Shown piece after piece: positions 53,800 through 64,000 of a stretch of 64,000 bases of DNA; positions within the stretch are counted from its first letter, which is position 1, and each line of letters begins with the position of its first letter. The stretch lies in the NCBI RefSeq assembly GCF_963921235.1, contig NC_086097.1, positions 232,998,001 to 233,062,000 on the forward strand, given 5' to 3'. A model generated the notes under the pieces. The model had not been told where the DNA came from. It worked only from the letters and a program-made list of their open reading frames with translations, and made no database searches. A program made the position numbers and the translations under genes. This DNA comes from Mobula hypostoma (lineage: Eukaryota).

Positions 53800-55420
53800 T
53801 CGATCCTGGGTCGCTGGTACGGTAAAGCGTTTTTGCTAACCGCCACGGTGCCCTGCCGCCCGCACATCTTGGTACTGTCGTGACAATAATACACTACTAT
53901 GAATAAAACAAGAGTGAATACAGTAAAAGCTACCCAATGTTTGCAAAGTTAGGGCTCACCTTTTGAAAGGAACCTCGTGGCAACGTTACTGACCGCCGAC
54001 CGTGACAATTCACGGAAACGCCTTCCGATAAACTCCCCAGGCTGCTTCACTAGAAAGTCATCCAATTAAAATGTCATCAACACGATTGGAAGCAGTGACC
54101 ACAAACTAGGTTAGAGACTAGTTTTGGGTTTGAGAAACTAAGAGACTGAATTTCCTACTTTTCCATCCTGGGACAGCAGGGAAACAGCACCAATTTTCTT
54201 TCACCCGAAGCAGCGTTGTTGTTGGTTGGAGGTCCAGGATATGGATAAACGCCGGTCTGTCGATTCCCCGTATTGTCCGCTGTACCCTACATTAAAGCCC
54301 GTTGGAAATTCGAGTTTGTTTCTTTGCCTCCGAACAGCCGAAACCACGAGTCAGCAGCGGGCAGGATTCAGGAAGCATTTACTAATATGAGAGTAAAACA
54401 GTATAAAGTGCGTCTATTTAATGTGACGGAGTGTTAAAATTACTTCGCTATTCGATTTTTCTAATCGTTTAGTCCTAATGGTTTTTGCTTCAGATCTCGT
54501 TCGATTAATTTCCTGCGTAAACACAGTCGGATCGCGTTTAAAACCTTCAGAATTATATGCCTATCGCAACTCAAACCTTCACGGTTACCTTGTCCGTCGG
54601 GTGGTTCAACGAGACCGCGCGCGGGTTATCCACAGATAAGGCGAAAAGAAAAACGCTGAACAAACAGACCAGTAAATTTCAAGTGCATCAGAGTCGATGC
54701 AAGACATGCAAAAGTTTAAAACAAAGTATAGCAAGTGATAGGTTGGGAGATATAGTTCGGAAAGAAGCCGAAGGCTGCGCTGGGAGACGTACCTCACTGG
54801 TTTCCTCGCTGGAGGTCCCGGGCAGAAGCCGGTACTGGCGTGAATGGCGAGTCCTTGCCCAGCGTTATGAGTTCGGTCTGAGAGCAGTAACCCGGGCAGC
54901 TCCCTGCTCAGCCCCTTTCTCTCCAATCCACATGGTCCTAGGGGAAAGCGTATCAGCGACCTAAACCACACGGCATCCCTCCCGGCAGTAGCGGCTGCAT
55001 TTGAACATCGAATTCCTGCCGGCGTGAGCCTCCCTCATTGGGAGTACTCGGCGGACCCGCGTCGAAGTTGCGATCAACCGCTCCGCCAGGACATTTCAAC
55101 GCCGTTGTATGGCTCCTACAAGTCAGCCTGACAGGCGGCACCTTCAAACTGCCCGGCGCAGGAGTCACTCTCCCTCCGGGACAGTGGCCAGAGACCTGGG
55201 CGACCGTTCCCGTTTGGCGGCTCCCTGCAGGGGGACCGGCTCTGCGCTGACCGGTCCCTGTGACTAATCAGCCTGCGAAAACCGCAGAAGCCAAACACCC
55301 ACCTTCATTTCCAACTCCGTTAAAATGAAGTGAATTCCCAAACCCCACGTCGTGTGACACACGGCGGGTTCGATAAAGTACAGTAGTCCCGGATCCCCCG
55401 TCACAGACAACACAAGGATG
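53800..55420. promoter_or_regulatory. CpG island, probable promoter/first exon
   Basis: Mostly non-repetitive, GC- and CpG-rich stretch in an otherwise CpG-depleted window. Minus-strand donor-like sites GAG|GTACGT (about 54790) and AAG|GTGAGC (about 53959). Confidence 0.7.
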
Positions 55421-55634
55421 TTTCATTAAACCCAAATATTTGAAACCTCCACTCTTCTTTCTGCTTTTATTCGATCCCACTTCCCCATTGTCACTGTAAT
55501 TTTAAAATTCAAATAAAAATTTCAGAACTATTTTGTCAATGCCACCTTCTATCTCTTACATTGGCGCTAAATTAGTTGTTAAAATCTCTTACATTAAAGC
55601 TAAATTACAGAGGCTGAGTGACGCTTCGGAGTCA

Positions 55635-55870
55635 TAAACACGAGAAATTCTGCGGATGCTGGAAATCCAAAACAACACACACAAAATACCGTAAACTCAG
55701 CCCATCAGCAGAGATGGAGAGGAACAAACGGTCGAAGTTTGGGGGGTGAGGCCCTTCCTCGGGGCAGAAAGGGAAGGGGAAAGACGCCAGAATATAAAGT
55801 TTGGGGGGGGGGTGGTTGGAGGGTAGAAGATAGCTAAATGGTGATGAGTAAAGCCAGGTTGGTGGGAAAG
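55635..55870 (-). mobile_element. degenerate Penelope terminal fragment (similar pieces at about 2550-2635, 17495-17613, 48503-48720, 56180-56245)
   Basis: AAACACGAGAAATTCTGCGGATGCTGGAAATCC terminus shared with the other copies. Confidence 0.65.
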
Positions 55871-56023
55871 GTAAAGTGGAAAATACCCAGACTGGTTCAA
55901 GGTGACATGAAGGCGAAAGTGACTCATATAATCACATATTACAACAGTGTCGTGCTGAAGACCGTCTCTGAACATCATACCTTGACTTTGGATGGACTAC
56001 AGCAACAGAAGAACGTTAGCATA

Positions 56024-56085
56024 CACTCAGTGGGCACTTTATTTGATACGGGACGGGAGATACCTAATAAAGTGACGGCTAAGTG
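56024..56085. mobile_element. 62-bp Tc1-type MITE
   Basis: TA-CACTCAGTGGGCACTTTATT...AATAAAGTGACGGCTAAGTG-TA. Confidence 0.72.
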
Positions 56086-58689
56086 TATATAAGTGTATAT
56101 ACCTTCAATGGCTTGAAACCAAATAGTTTAAATGTGACAGTCCAAGTCAGATTAATATTTGCTTCTTAGTTCAGACCATAGTCTCTGCCCGAAATGTCGA
56201 CTGTACTTCTTCCTATAGATGCTGACTGGCCTGCTGTGTTAACAACCAGCACAGCTGAAGGTGTGCAGGGGCAGCCCACATTCCTGATTGTTCCGTTACA
56301 AGAAGCATATAGATGCTTTGAAGAGAGTGCAGAAGAGGATTACCAGAATACGGCCTGAACTAGAGGATATAAACTATAAGGAGAGTTGGACAAACCTGGA
56401 TTACTTATTCTGGAGTGCTGAGGGTGGGGGGGGGGGGAGGCCTGACAATGGTACCTAAAATTATGAGAGGCATACATAAGATAGCCAATAGGGTATCCAA
56501 CATCAAGGTATGATGATCAGAGATGGCCTATTGAGCCAATAGGCTGGTCCTGGACTTATTTCCTGGCATAATTTACTTTTTACTATTTAACTATTTATGG
56601 TTTATTACTATCTATTATTTATGGTGCAACTGTAACGGAAACCAATTTCCCCCGGGATCAATAATGTATGACTATGACTATGATAGACAGTCAGGATTTT
56701 TCTCCCAGGGAAGAAATGTCGAGTACTAGAGAGCATAGCTTTAAGGCGAGAGAGGGAAAATCGAAAGGAGATGCATGGGACACAGGTTTCTTCACACGGA
56801 GAGTGATATGTGCCTGGATGGGCTGCCAGGGGTGGTGAGTGGAAGCAGATACTTTGACAAAGTTTAAGAAGCTTTTGGCAAAGTTTAGGAGGCTTTTAAC
56901 ATACAAGGGATGGATTATGTTCAGGCGGAAGTAATTTAATTTAATTTGTTATAGTATTCAGCACAGGCATGGTGGGTTGAAGTGCCTATTCCTGTGTTGT
57001 ACTGTCAACGTTCTACCAAAAAGAGTTGAGTTGACTGATTCCAACATGACTTTACGCTTAGTTTTGAACTAACTCTGATTAAAGGATCTACTTAAAAGGA
57101 AGTCTACCATACTTGCCTCACCATGATTTGTTGGAAACTGTTTTCTCTTGTAATTTACTTACCGCCTCTTACATTAGAGCATTTAGGGCAGCAATAAGGT
57201 CCTCCAATTGTCCGTCCTTGGCCACTTAGATACAGAAGGATTTTTCATTGCTGTTTCCTTAATAATTTTATTTTACCAGTCAGGGTTGTTAGCCCTGAGT
57301 TGAACCCAAACCTGGAGGACTGGTGGACTTCTCTTAGTCTGGCCTCTACACTTTGACCAGTTTGGCATGGGTGACCCTACCAAGAGCCAAAGCATGAAAC
57401 CCTAACTCCAGTCAGCATAGTTATCTGGGTCTTTGTGGCACACAGCCTACAAACCATGACAAGGTTGTGGTCTTCTTGGAAGGTTCTCTTGTAAGGAGGC
57501 ATAGAAAAAAAAAAGGGGGTGAGAGCCTTGAGTTACAAGAACATAATCACAAAGAGGAAGGTTTTGAAGCATTCAGTGTCTGCAGAGGAAGAAAAAGGAA
57601 GCACATTCTGTGTTTAGTAGAAGTGAAAATCGAATTGAATCTTAAAGAAGAACACGGCAAAGAAATTGGGGGTTGAGGGGTCATTGTCACAGAGTCATGG
57701 AAAGATACGGTATACAGCCATGGCTTTTGACCCACTGAGTCCACACGAACAATCAATCGTCCATTTGCATCAATTTCATGTTAATTCTATTTTTTTAATT
57801 CTCCCCATTTTCTCATCAACTCATCCCAGTTTCCCCACTCGCCCACACACCAGAGATATCTTACAGTGGCCTATTATCCCACCGAGCCGCACTTCCTTGG
57901 AATGTGGGAGGAAACCGGAGTACCCAGTGGTAACCCACGTGGTCTGGGAGAGAATGCAGAAGCTCCATGCAGACAGCAGCTGAGGTCAGTTTTGAACCTG
58001 GGTCTCCAGTGCTGTGAGGCTGCAGCTTTGCTGGCTGTTGCAAGATGGTCATCACGTGCCATGTCATATTGACGTGGATGATCATGGTCCATCAGATTTC
58101 AGAATGGTCCATGAATCCTCACTATTTTGCTCTGTTTTGTACTACTTCTTAAAAAATATATATTTTTCTAATTGTAACTTGTAATTTTTTATATATTGCA
58201 CCACTCTGCTGCCACAAAACAACAAGCGTCACAATGTATTAGTGACAATAAACCTGATTCTGATTGTGATTCCTGCTTGTGAACTGGTGCAGATGGTAAG
58301 AAATGAAATACCTTTACAATGGACACCATTCATTGATATTGTCACACAGAGTGAGTGAAATCTGCAAATTTGTCCTCAGTTGGCTGCTGAGGTTGTGTCT
58401 GTTGGGCTTCCAATATATTTGTCAAGCAAGAGTTAAAGATCTAAGGGAGAATTCTAAGTTATAATATAAATCCACTACTATTTGAATATTGCAAAGGGAT
58501 CAAGGGCAGAATGGCCTGTTTCTGTTGCAGTGTTATGAAATTCTCACATTCTCATTAAGTCAGTGAACCAAGGAATGTATTCGAGAAAGGTAAACAGCAG
58601 ACTATCATTTCAGGTCTATTACAGTAAGTGTTGCAGCTCACTGTTGCCATCTACAGGTCAAATGTTTATGCATGTTCCCACTTAGCTAT

Positions 58690-59292
58690 CGGAAAGTTAG
58701 CATTCATAAGTCGAGGGATAGAGTTTAAGAGTTGCAATGTAATGATACAGCTCTATAAAACTCTGGTTAGGCCACACTTGGAGTATTGTGTCCAGTTCTG
58801 GTCACCTCACTATAGGAAGGATGTGGAAGCATTGGAAAGGGTACAGAGGAGATTTACCAGGATGCTGCCTGGTTTAGAAAATATGCATTATGATCAGAGA
58901 TTAAGGGAGCTAGGGCTTTACTCTTTGGAGAGAAGGAGGATGAGAGGAGACATGATAGAGGTGTACAAGATAATAAGAGGAATAGATAGAGTGGATAGCC
59001 AGTGCCTCTTCCCCAGGGCACCACTACTCAATACATGAGGACATGGCTTTAAGGTAAGGGGTGGAAAGTTCAAGGGGGATATTAGAGGAAGGTTTCTTAC
59101 TCAGAGAGTGGTTGGTGCGTGGAATGCACTGCCTGAGTCAGTGGTGGAGGCAGATACACTAGTGACGTTTAAGAGACTACTAGACAGGTATATGGAGGAA
59201 TCTAAGGTGGGGGCTTATATGGGAGGTAGGGTTTGAGGTTCGGCACAACATTGTGGGCCGAAGGGCCTGTACTGTGCTGTACTATTCTATAA
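58690..59292 (+). mobile_element. CR1 3' end; near-identical subfamily copy at 21140-21468 (minus)
   Basis: LYKTLVRPHLEYCVQFWSP; 3' end shared with the 21.1-21.5 kb copy. Confidence 0.88.
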
Positions 59293-59630
59293 ACATATAA
59301 TTTTCACTGTTGCTCCAGTGCTCTGCTGATAAGGGGATGGATAATTCAGAAAACATTCTTATATCTTTAGATGATGTTATGGTAGTAAGTGATTCATAGA
59401 CTATAGAATGGTGTTATTAATCAATAAGGACCCCTATCACTGAGTACATGCCTTGTTCTCATTGCTACCATCAGGAAGGAGGTACAGAAGCCTGAAGGCA
59501 TACACTCAACCCTTTAGGAACAGCTTCTTCCCCATTAGCATCCATTTTCTGAATGTTCATTGAATCCATGAACACAACTTCACTACTCTTTTATTTTTTT
59601 TTTGCACTACTTATTTTTAAGTTAAGCATT

Positions 59631-59633
<3 letters not shown>

Positions 59634-59669
<36 letters not shown>

Positions 59670-59671
59670 TC
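59634..59671. repeat. (CT)n microsatellite; (TA)n at about 10485-10506
   Basis: Directly visible. Confidence 0.95.
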
Positions 59672-59689
59672 AGTTCACAGTTTTTTTCT

Positions 59690-61705
59690 ATTATTGGATT
59701 GACTGGGAAAGAACACTGGCAGGGATGATGGCAGAGCAGCAATGGCTGGGATTTCTGGAAGCATTTCGGCACAAGATATATACTTCCCAAAAAGGAAGAA
59801 ATATTCTAAAGGCAAGATGATACAACTGTGGCTAACAAGAGGAGTTAAAGCCAACATAAAAACCAAAGAGAGGGCATATAATACAACATAAATTAGTGGA
59901 TTAGTGGGAAGTTAGAGGATTGGGAAACTTTTAAAAACCAACAGAAGGTACCTAAGACGTCATTGAAAAGGTAAAGATGGAAGACAAAAGTAAGCTAGCT
60001 AATAATATTAAAGAGGATACCAAAAGTTTTTTTTTCCAGATACATAAAGTGTAAAAGAGAGGTGAGAGTGGGCATCAGACTGCTGGAAAATGATGCTGGA
60101 GTAGAAGTACCATTTCTAGAGGGAAGGTTCTTTGGAAACTGAAAGGCCTGAAGGTAGACAAGTCACCTGGACCAGATGTTGTATACTCTAGTGTGGGTGA
60201 AGAGATTGTGGAGGCATTAGTAATGATCTTTCAAGAATTGTTAGAGTCTGGACTGGTTCCAGAAGACCAGAAAATTGCAAATGTCATTCTACTCTTCAAG
60301 AAGGGAGAGATGCAGAAGAATGGAAACTGTAGGCCAGTTAGTCTGATCTCAGTGGTTGGGAAGATGTTGGAGTTGATTACTAAGGACGAGGTCTCAGGGT
60401 ACTTGCAGGCACGTGATGATATAGGCCATAGTCAGCATGGTTTCCTCAAGGGAAAACCTTGTCGGACAAATCTGTTGGAATTCTTTGAAGAAATAACAAG
60501 CAGGATAGACAAAGGAGAATTAGTTGATGTTGTGTACTTAGATTTTCACAAGGCCTTTGACAAGGTGCCACATATATGGCTGCTTAACAAGCTACGAGCC
60601 CATGGTATTACAGGAAATACCCTAGCATGGATAAAGCAGTGGCTGATTGGTAGGAGGCAAAGAGTGGGAATAAAGGGAGCCTTTTCTGGTTTGGCTGGTG
60701 ATGACTAGTGGTGTTTCACAGTGTTTTGTGTTGGGACCGATTATGTTATATGTCAATGATTTAGATGATGAAATTGATGACTTTGTTGCAAAATTTGCAG
60801 ATGATATGGAGGGACAGGTAGTTTAGAGCAAGTAGAGAGGCTACAGAAAGACTTAGACAGATGAGGAGAATGGGGAAAAAGAAGTGGCAGATGGACTACA
60901 GTGTCGGGAGTGTATAGTCATACACTTTGGTGGAAGAAATTAAAGGGTAGAATACTTTCTAAGTGGAGAGAAAATACAAAAAACTGAGGTGCAAAGGGAC
61001 TTGGGAATCCTTGTGCAGAATCCCTAAAAGTTAATTTGCAGGCTGAGTCTGTGGCGAGGAAGCAACATGCAATGTTTGCTTTCATTTCAAGAGGAGTAGA
61101 ATATAAAAACAAGGATGCAATGTTGAAACTTTATAAAGCACTGGTAAGGCCTCATTTTGAGTATTGTGAGCAGTTTTGGGCCTCTTATCCTAGAAAGGAT
61201 GTGCTGAAACTGGAGAGGGATCGAAGGAGCTTCACTAAGATGATTCCGGCATTAAATGGCTTGTCTTATGAGAGCGCCTGATGGTTCTGGGCCTGTATTC
61301 AATATAATTCAAAAGAATAAGGGATGACCTAATTGAAACCTATCAAATGGTAAAAGGCCTTGATAGGGTGGATGTGGAGAGGATGTTTCCTATGGTGAAG
61401 AGACTGCGGCCAGAGTACACAACTTCAGAATAGAGGGGTGTCCTTTTATAATGGCAATGAGGAGGAATTTCTTTAGCCAGTGAATGGTGGAATTCTTTGC
61501 CACAAGTAGCTCTGGAGGCTAAGTGTGTCTGTATGCTTAAGGCAGAGGTTGATAGATTCTTGATTGGTCAGGGCATGAAGGGATACGGGGAGAAAGCAGG
61601 ACCTTGGGACTGAGAGGGAAAATGGATCAGCCATGATGAAATGGTGCAGCATGTTTGACAGAGCAAATGACCTAATTCTGCTCCTGTATCTTATGGTCTT
61701 ATGGT
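59690..61705 (+). mobile_element. old CR1 LINE fragment
   Basis: Fragmented ORF2 (RPVSLISVVGK, YLDFHKAFDKV, RPHFEYCEQFW); TCTTATGG tail. Confidence 0.88.
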
Positions 61706-63016
61706 ATTGCATTGTACTGTTGCTGAAAAGACAACACATTTCATGACATCTGCCAGTAATACTAAACCTGCTTCTGATTCTGAACGTAGTACTGTACTGT
61801 ACAGCACAGCGGTAGCCCACAATGTTGTGCTGACTTCTTAACCTGTGCTAGGGTTAATCTAGCCCTCCCCTCCTATATAACCCTCAAATTTTCTATCATC
61901 CAAGTGTCTATCTAAGAGTTTTCTAAATATCCCTAATGTATCTGCCTCTACCACCCTTGATAGAGTGTTCCACACACTGAACTCTCTCTGTGAAAAAAAA
62001 TTACCTATGACATCATTTATTCACTCTGACGAGATCCTCTTTTTTGTCTATATTGAATACTGAAAGGAATAGATAGAGAGGATGAGGAGAGGATGCTTCC
62101 TTTAGTCAGGGAGTCTAAGAGCAGGGGGCACATCTTCAGAATAGAAAGACGTCCCTTCAGAACAGAGTTGAGGAGGAATTTCTTACGCCAAGGCTGGTGA
62201 ATCTGTGGAATTCATTGCCACAGATGACTGTGGAGGACATTGGGTATATTTAAAGGTATATGGAGGAATTTAAGGTGGGGGCAGGGTTTGAGGGTCGGTA
62301 CAACATTGTGGGCTGAAGGGCCTGTACTGTGCTGTACTATTCTATGTTCTATATGTTCTATTAAAGCAGAAATTGATAGGTTCTTGATTAATAAGAGCAT
62401 CAGAGCAGACAGGAAGAAGGCAGGAAAATGGAGTTGAGTTAATAAATCAGCCACGATAGAGCAGACACAATAGGCCGAATGGCCTAATGCTGCATTTATA
62501 TTTTATGGTCTTGAGGTCTTATTCATTCACTGAAATATTAATGTTTTTTTTATTACTGGATTTTTAACTAGCAAATGAACCCATCAAAACATCTGAATCC
62601 GCGCCGATCAGAAGTCTGCTAGAATGGAAGTATGTTTTGAAGACTCAGATTGATGATGGAGAAAGAACAATTTATTAAAGTATTAACAGCGGAACGAGTT
62701 ACTAAAATATTAATAAAGTGGTGAGTTAATGACCTTCTGTCCCCTGGGGTCTCAGAGAGACAAAATTACAGCTGGTCTGGCGAATTTAAATGTCCTGGGA
62801 TTGAGGATCAATCCAGTCAGCTTGCTGCTAGTTCATACTCATGTAAACGTATCTGCTTCATTGCTAATTTCACAGGCATCTGTCAATCACTTTAAGGAAC
62901 CAGTTATATACTAATGCAGATACGTTTTTTTTTGTACCCGGTATCAGGCCAGTCTTAGTTCCTTTCCTGCCATAACAAATTTATGTCTTACATAAAGTCC
63001 TGAAATTTTACGTTAG

Positions 63017-63150
63017 GTCCCAATGAAGGGTCTCAGCCTAAAACGTTGACTGTTTACACTTTTCCATAGATGCTGCCTGACCTTCTAAGTTCCTCCAGCA
63101 TTTTGGGTGTGTTGCTTTGGATTTCCAGCGTCTACAGACTTTCTCATGCT
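63017..63150 (+). mobile_element. short Penelope terminal fragment with decayed hammerhead
   Basis: GTCCCAATGAAGGGTCTCAGCCTAAAACGTTGACT followed by the ...AGATGCTGCCTGACC...TTCCAGC terminal sequence. Confidence 0.7.
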
Positions 63151-63620
63151 GTGTTTGACAACTGCGTATTCATGGTTTACTTGTTATTCCAGTGAGCCTG
63201 AGGACTCTCAGAAGATAATTCCGTTTTAATTAAAGTTATGCTTTTAACCCTTAAACTACAGATGTATTTAGAAAAATGTAATGTAAGTTATGGGCAAATT
63301 GGTCAAACTCCTTCTTAATTGTCCTGTGTGGCTTTTAGTAGCAGTGAATTCAATAGATTTACTGCTGTTCAGAGGTGAAGTCATTTCTCCTCATTTCAGT
63401 CCCAACCTCTTGCACTATGATCCAAAATGGAGACACCTTACTGTAGACACCCCAGCCAGGGGAAACACCCTCCCACTTCCAGTGTTGTCAGAATTCTTGA
63501 AGTTTCATTCAGGATCTTATCTCATTCTTCTATGGTCTTGGTGAATATAAAGCTGGTTGACTTAATCCTCTTATGACATATGATTCCAGGAACCAGTCTG
63601 CATTCCCTCTCAGACAAATA

Positions 63621-64000
63621 TGAGGGGTGATTGATAAGTTCGTGGCCTAAGGTAGAATGAGTCAATTTTCACTTATTTTCCCTTCATTTACACACTTAGT
63701 CTAGCAGTTGTGGAGCAGATGGATCCCTTCTTTGTAGAAGTTGGCGGCTTGGACCTCCAGAGAGTGGTCCAGAGCAGAGGTGATTGATAATTTCGTGGCC
63801 TAAGGTAGAAGGAGATGAGTTACCAACTTCAAACATTCTGCATTTTCACTTAAAGAGTTGAACTGCACGTGGATGCAACAAGAGCTGTATAACTCATCTC
63901 CTTCTACCTTAGGCCACGGACTTATCAATCACCCCTGCTGTGGACCACCTGGAGGTCCAAGACGCTCTCGTTACATGCATGTGCAGTTCAACTCTTTAAG
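63621..64000. mobile_element. rearranged mariner-like non-autonomous element, runs off the window end
   Basis: TA followed by TGAGGGGTGATTGATAAGT; this terminus is repeated directly at about 63775 and inverted at about 63935. Confidence 0.65.

Noticed and set aside
54780..54860. HDV-ribozyme-like words TCCTCGCTGG...GGGCA...AATGGCGA in the CpG island
   Set aside because: No matching P1 5' strand or P2 partner can be formed; likely chance in GC-rich DNA.
54557..55480. Several overlapping ORFs in the CpG island
   Set aside because: Expected in GC-rich sequence; no recognisable domains.

Overview
This is vertebrate genomic DNA, very repeat-rich. It is most likely from a cartilaginous fish (shark or ray); this is inferred from abundant V-domain/HE1-type SINEs, elasmobranch-style CR1 LINEs and Penelope elements. 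Only one host gene is clearly recognisable: a minus-strand silent Kv channel subunit, KCNV1/Kv8.1-like, with two coding exons (13588-12643 and 7464-6956, 484 aa) and an upstream 5'UTR splice acceptor. A CpG island lies at about 53.8-55.4 kb. The rest is mostly transposons: CR1 and Rex1/Babar LINE fragments, a decayed CsRn1-type Gypsy element with LTR and tRNA-Trp PBS, a Hero-like RLE fragment, SINEs, and small Tc1/mariner and hAT MITEs. The most notable structure is a Penelope-like family (RT + GIY-YIG) carrying minimal hammerhead ribozyme motifs. Several of its insertions are inverted (fold-back) with target-site duplications, and breakpoints cluster at the ribozyme. Hammerheads in Penelope elements are already known, so I do not claim a wholly new system. 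Repeat boundaries were read by eye and are approximate unless a TSD is given.
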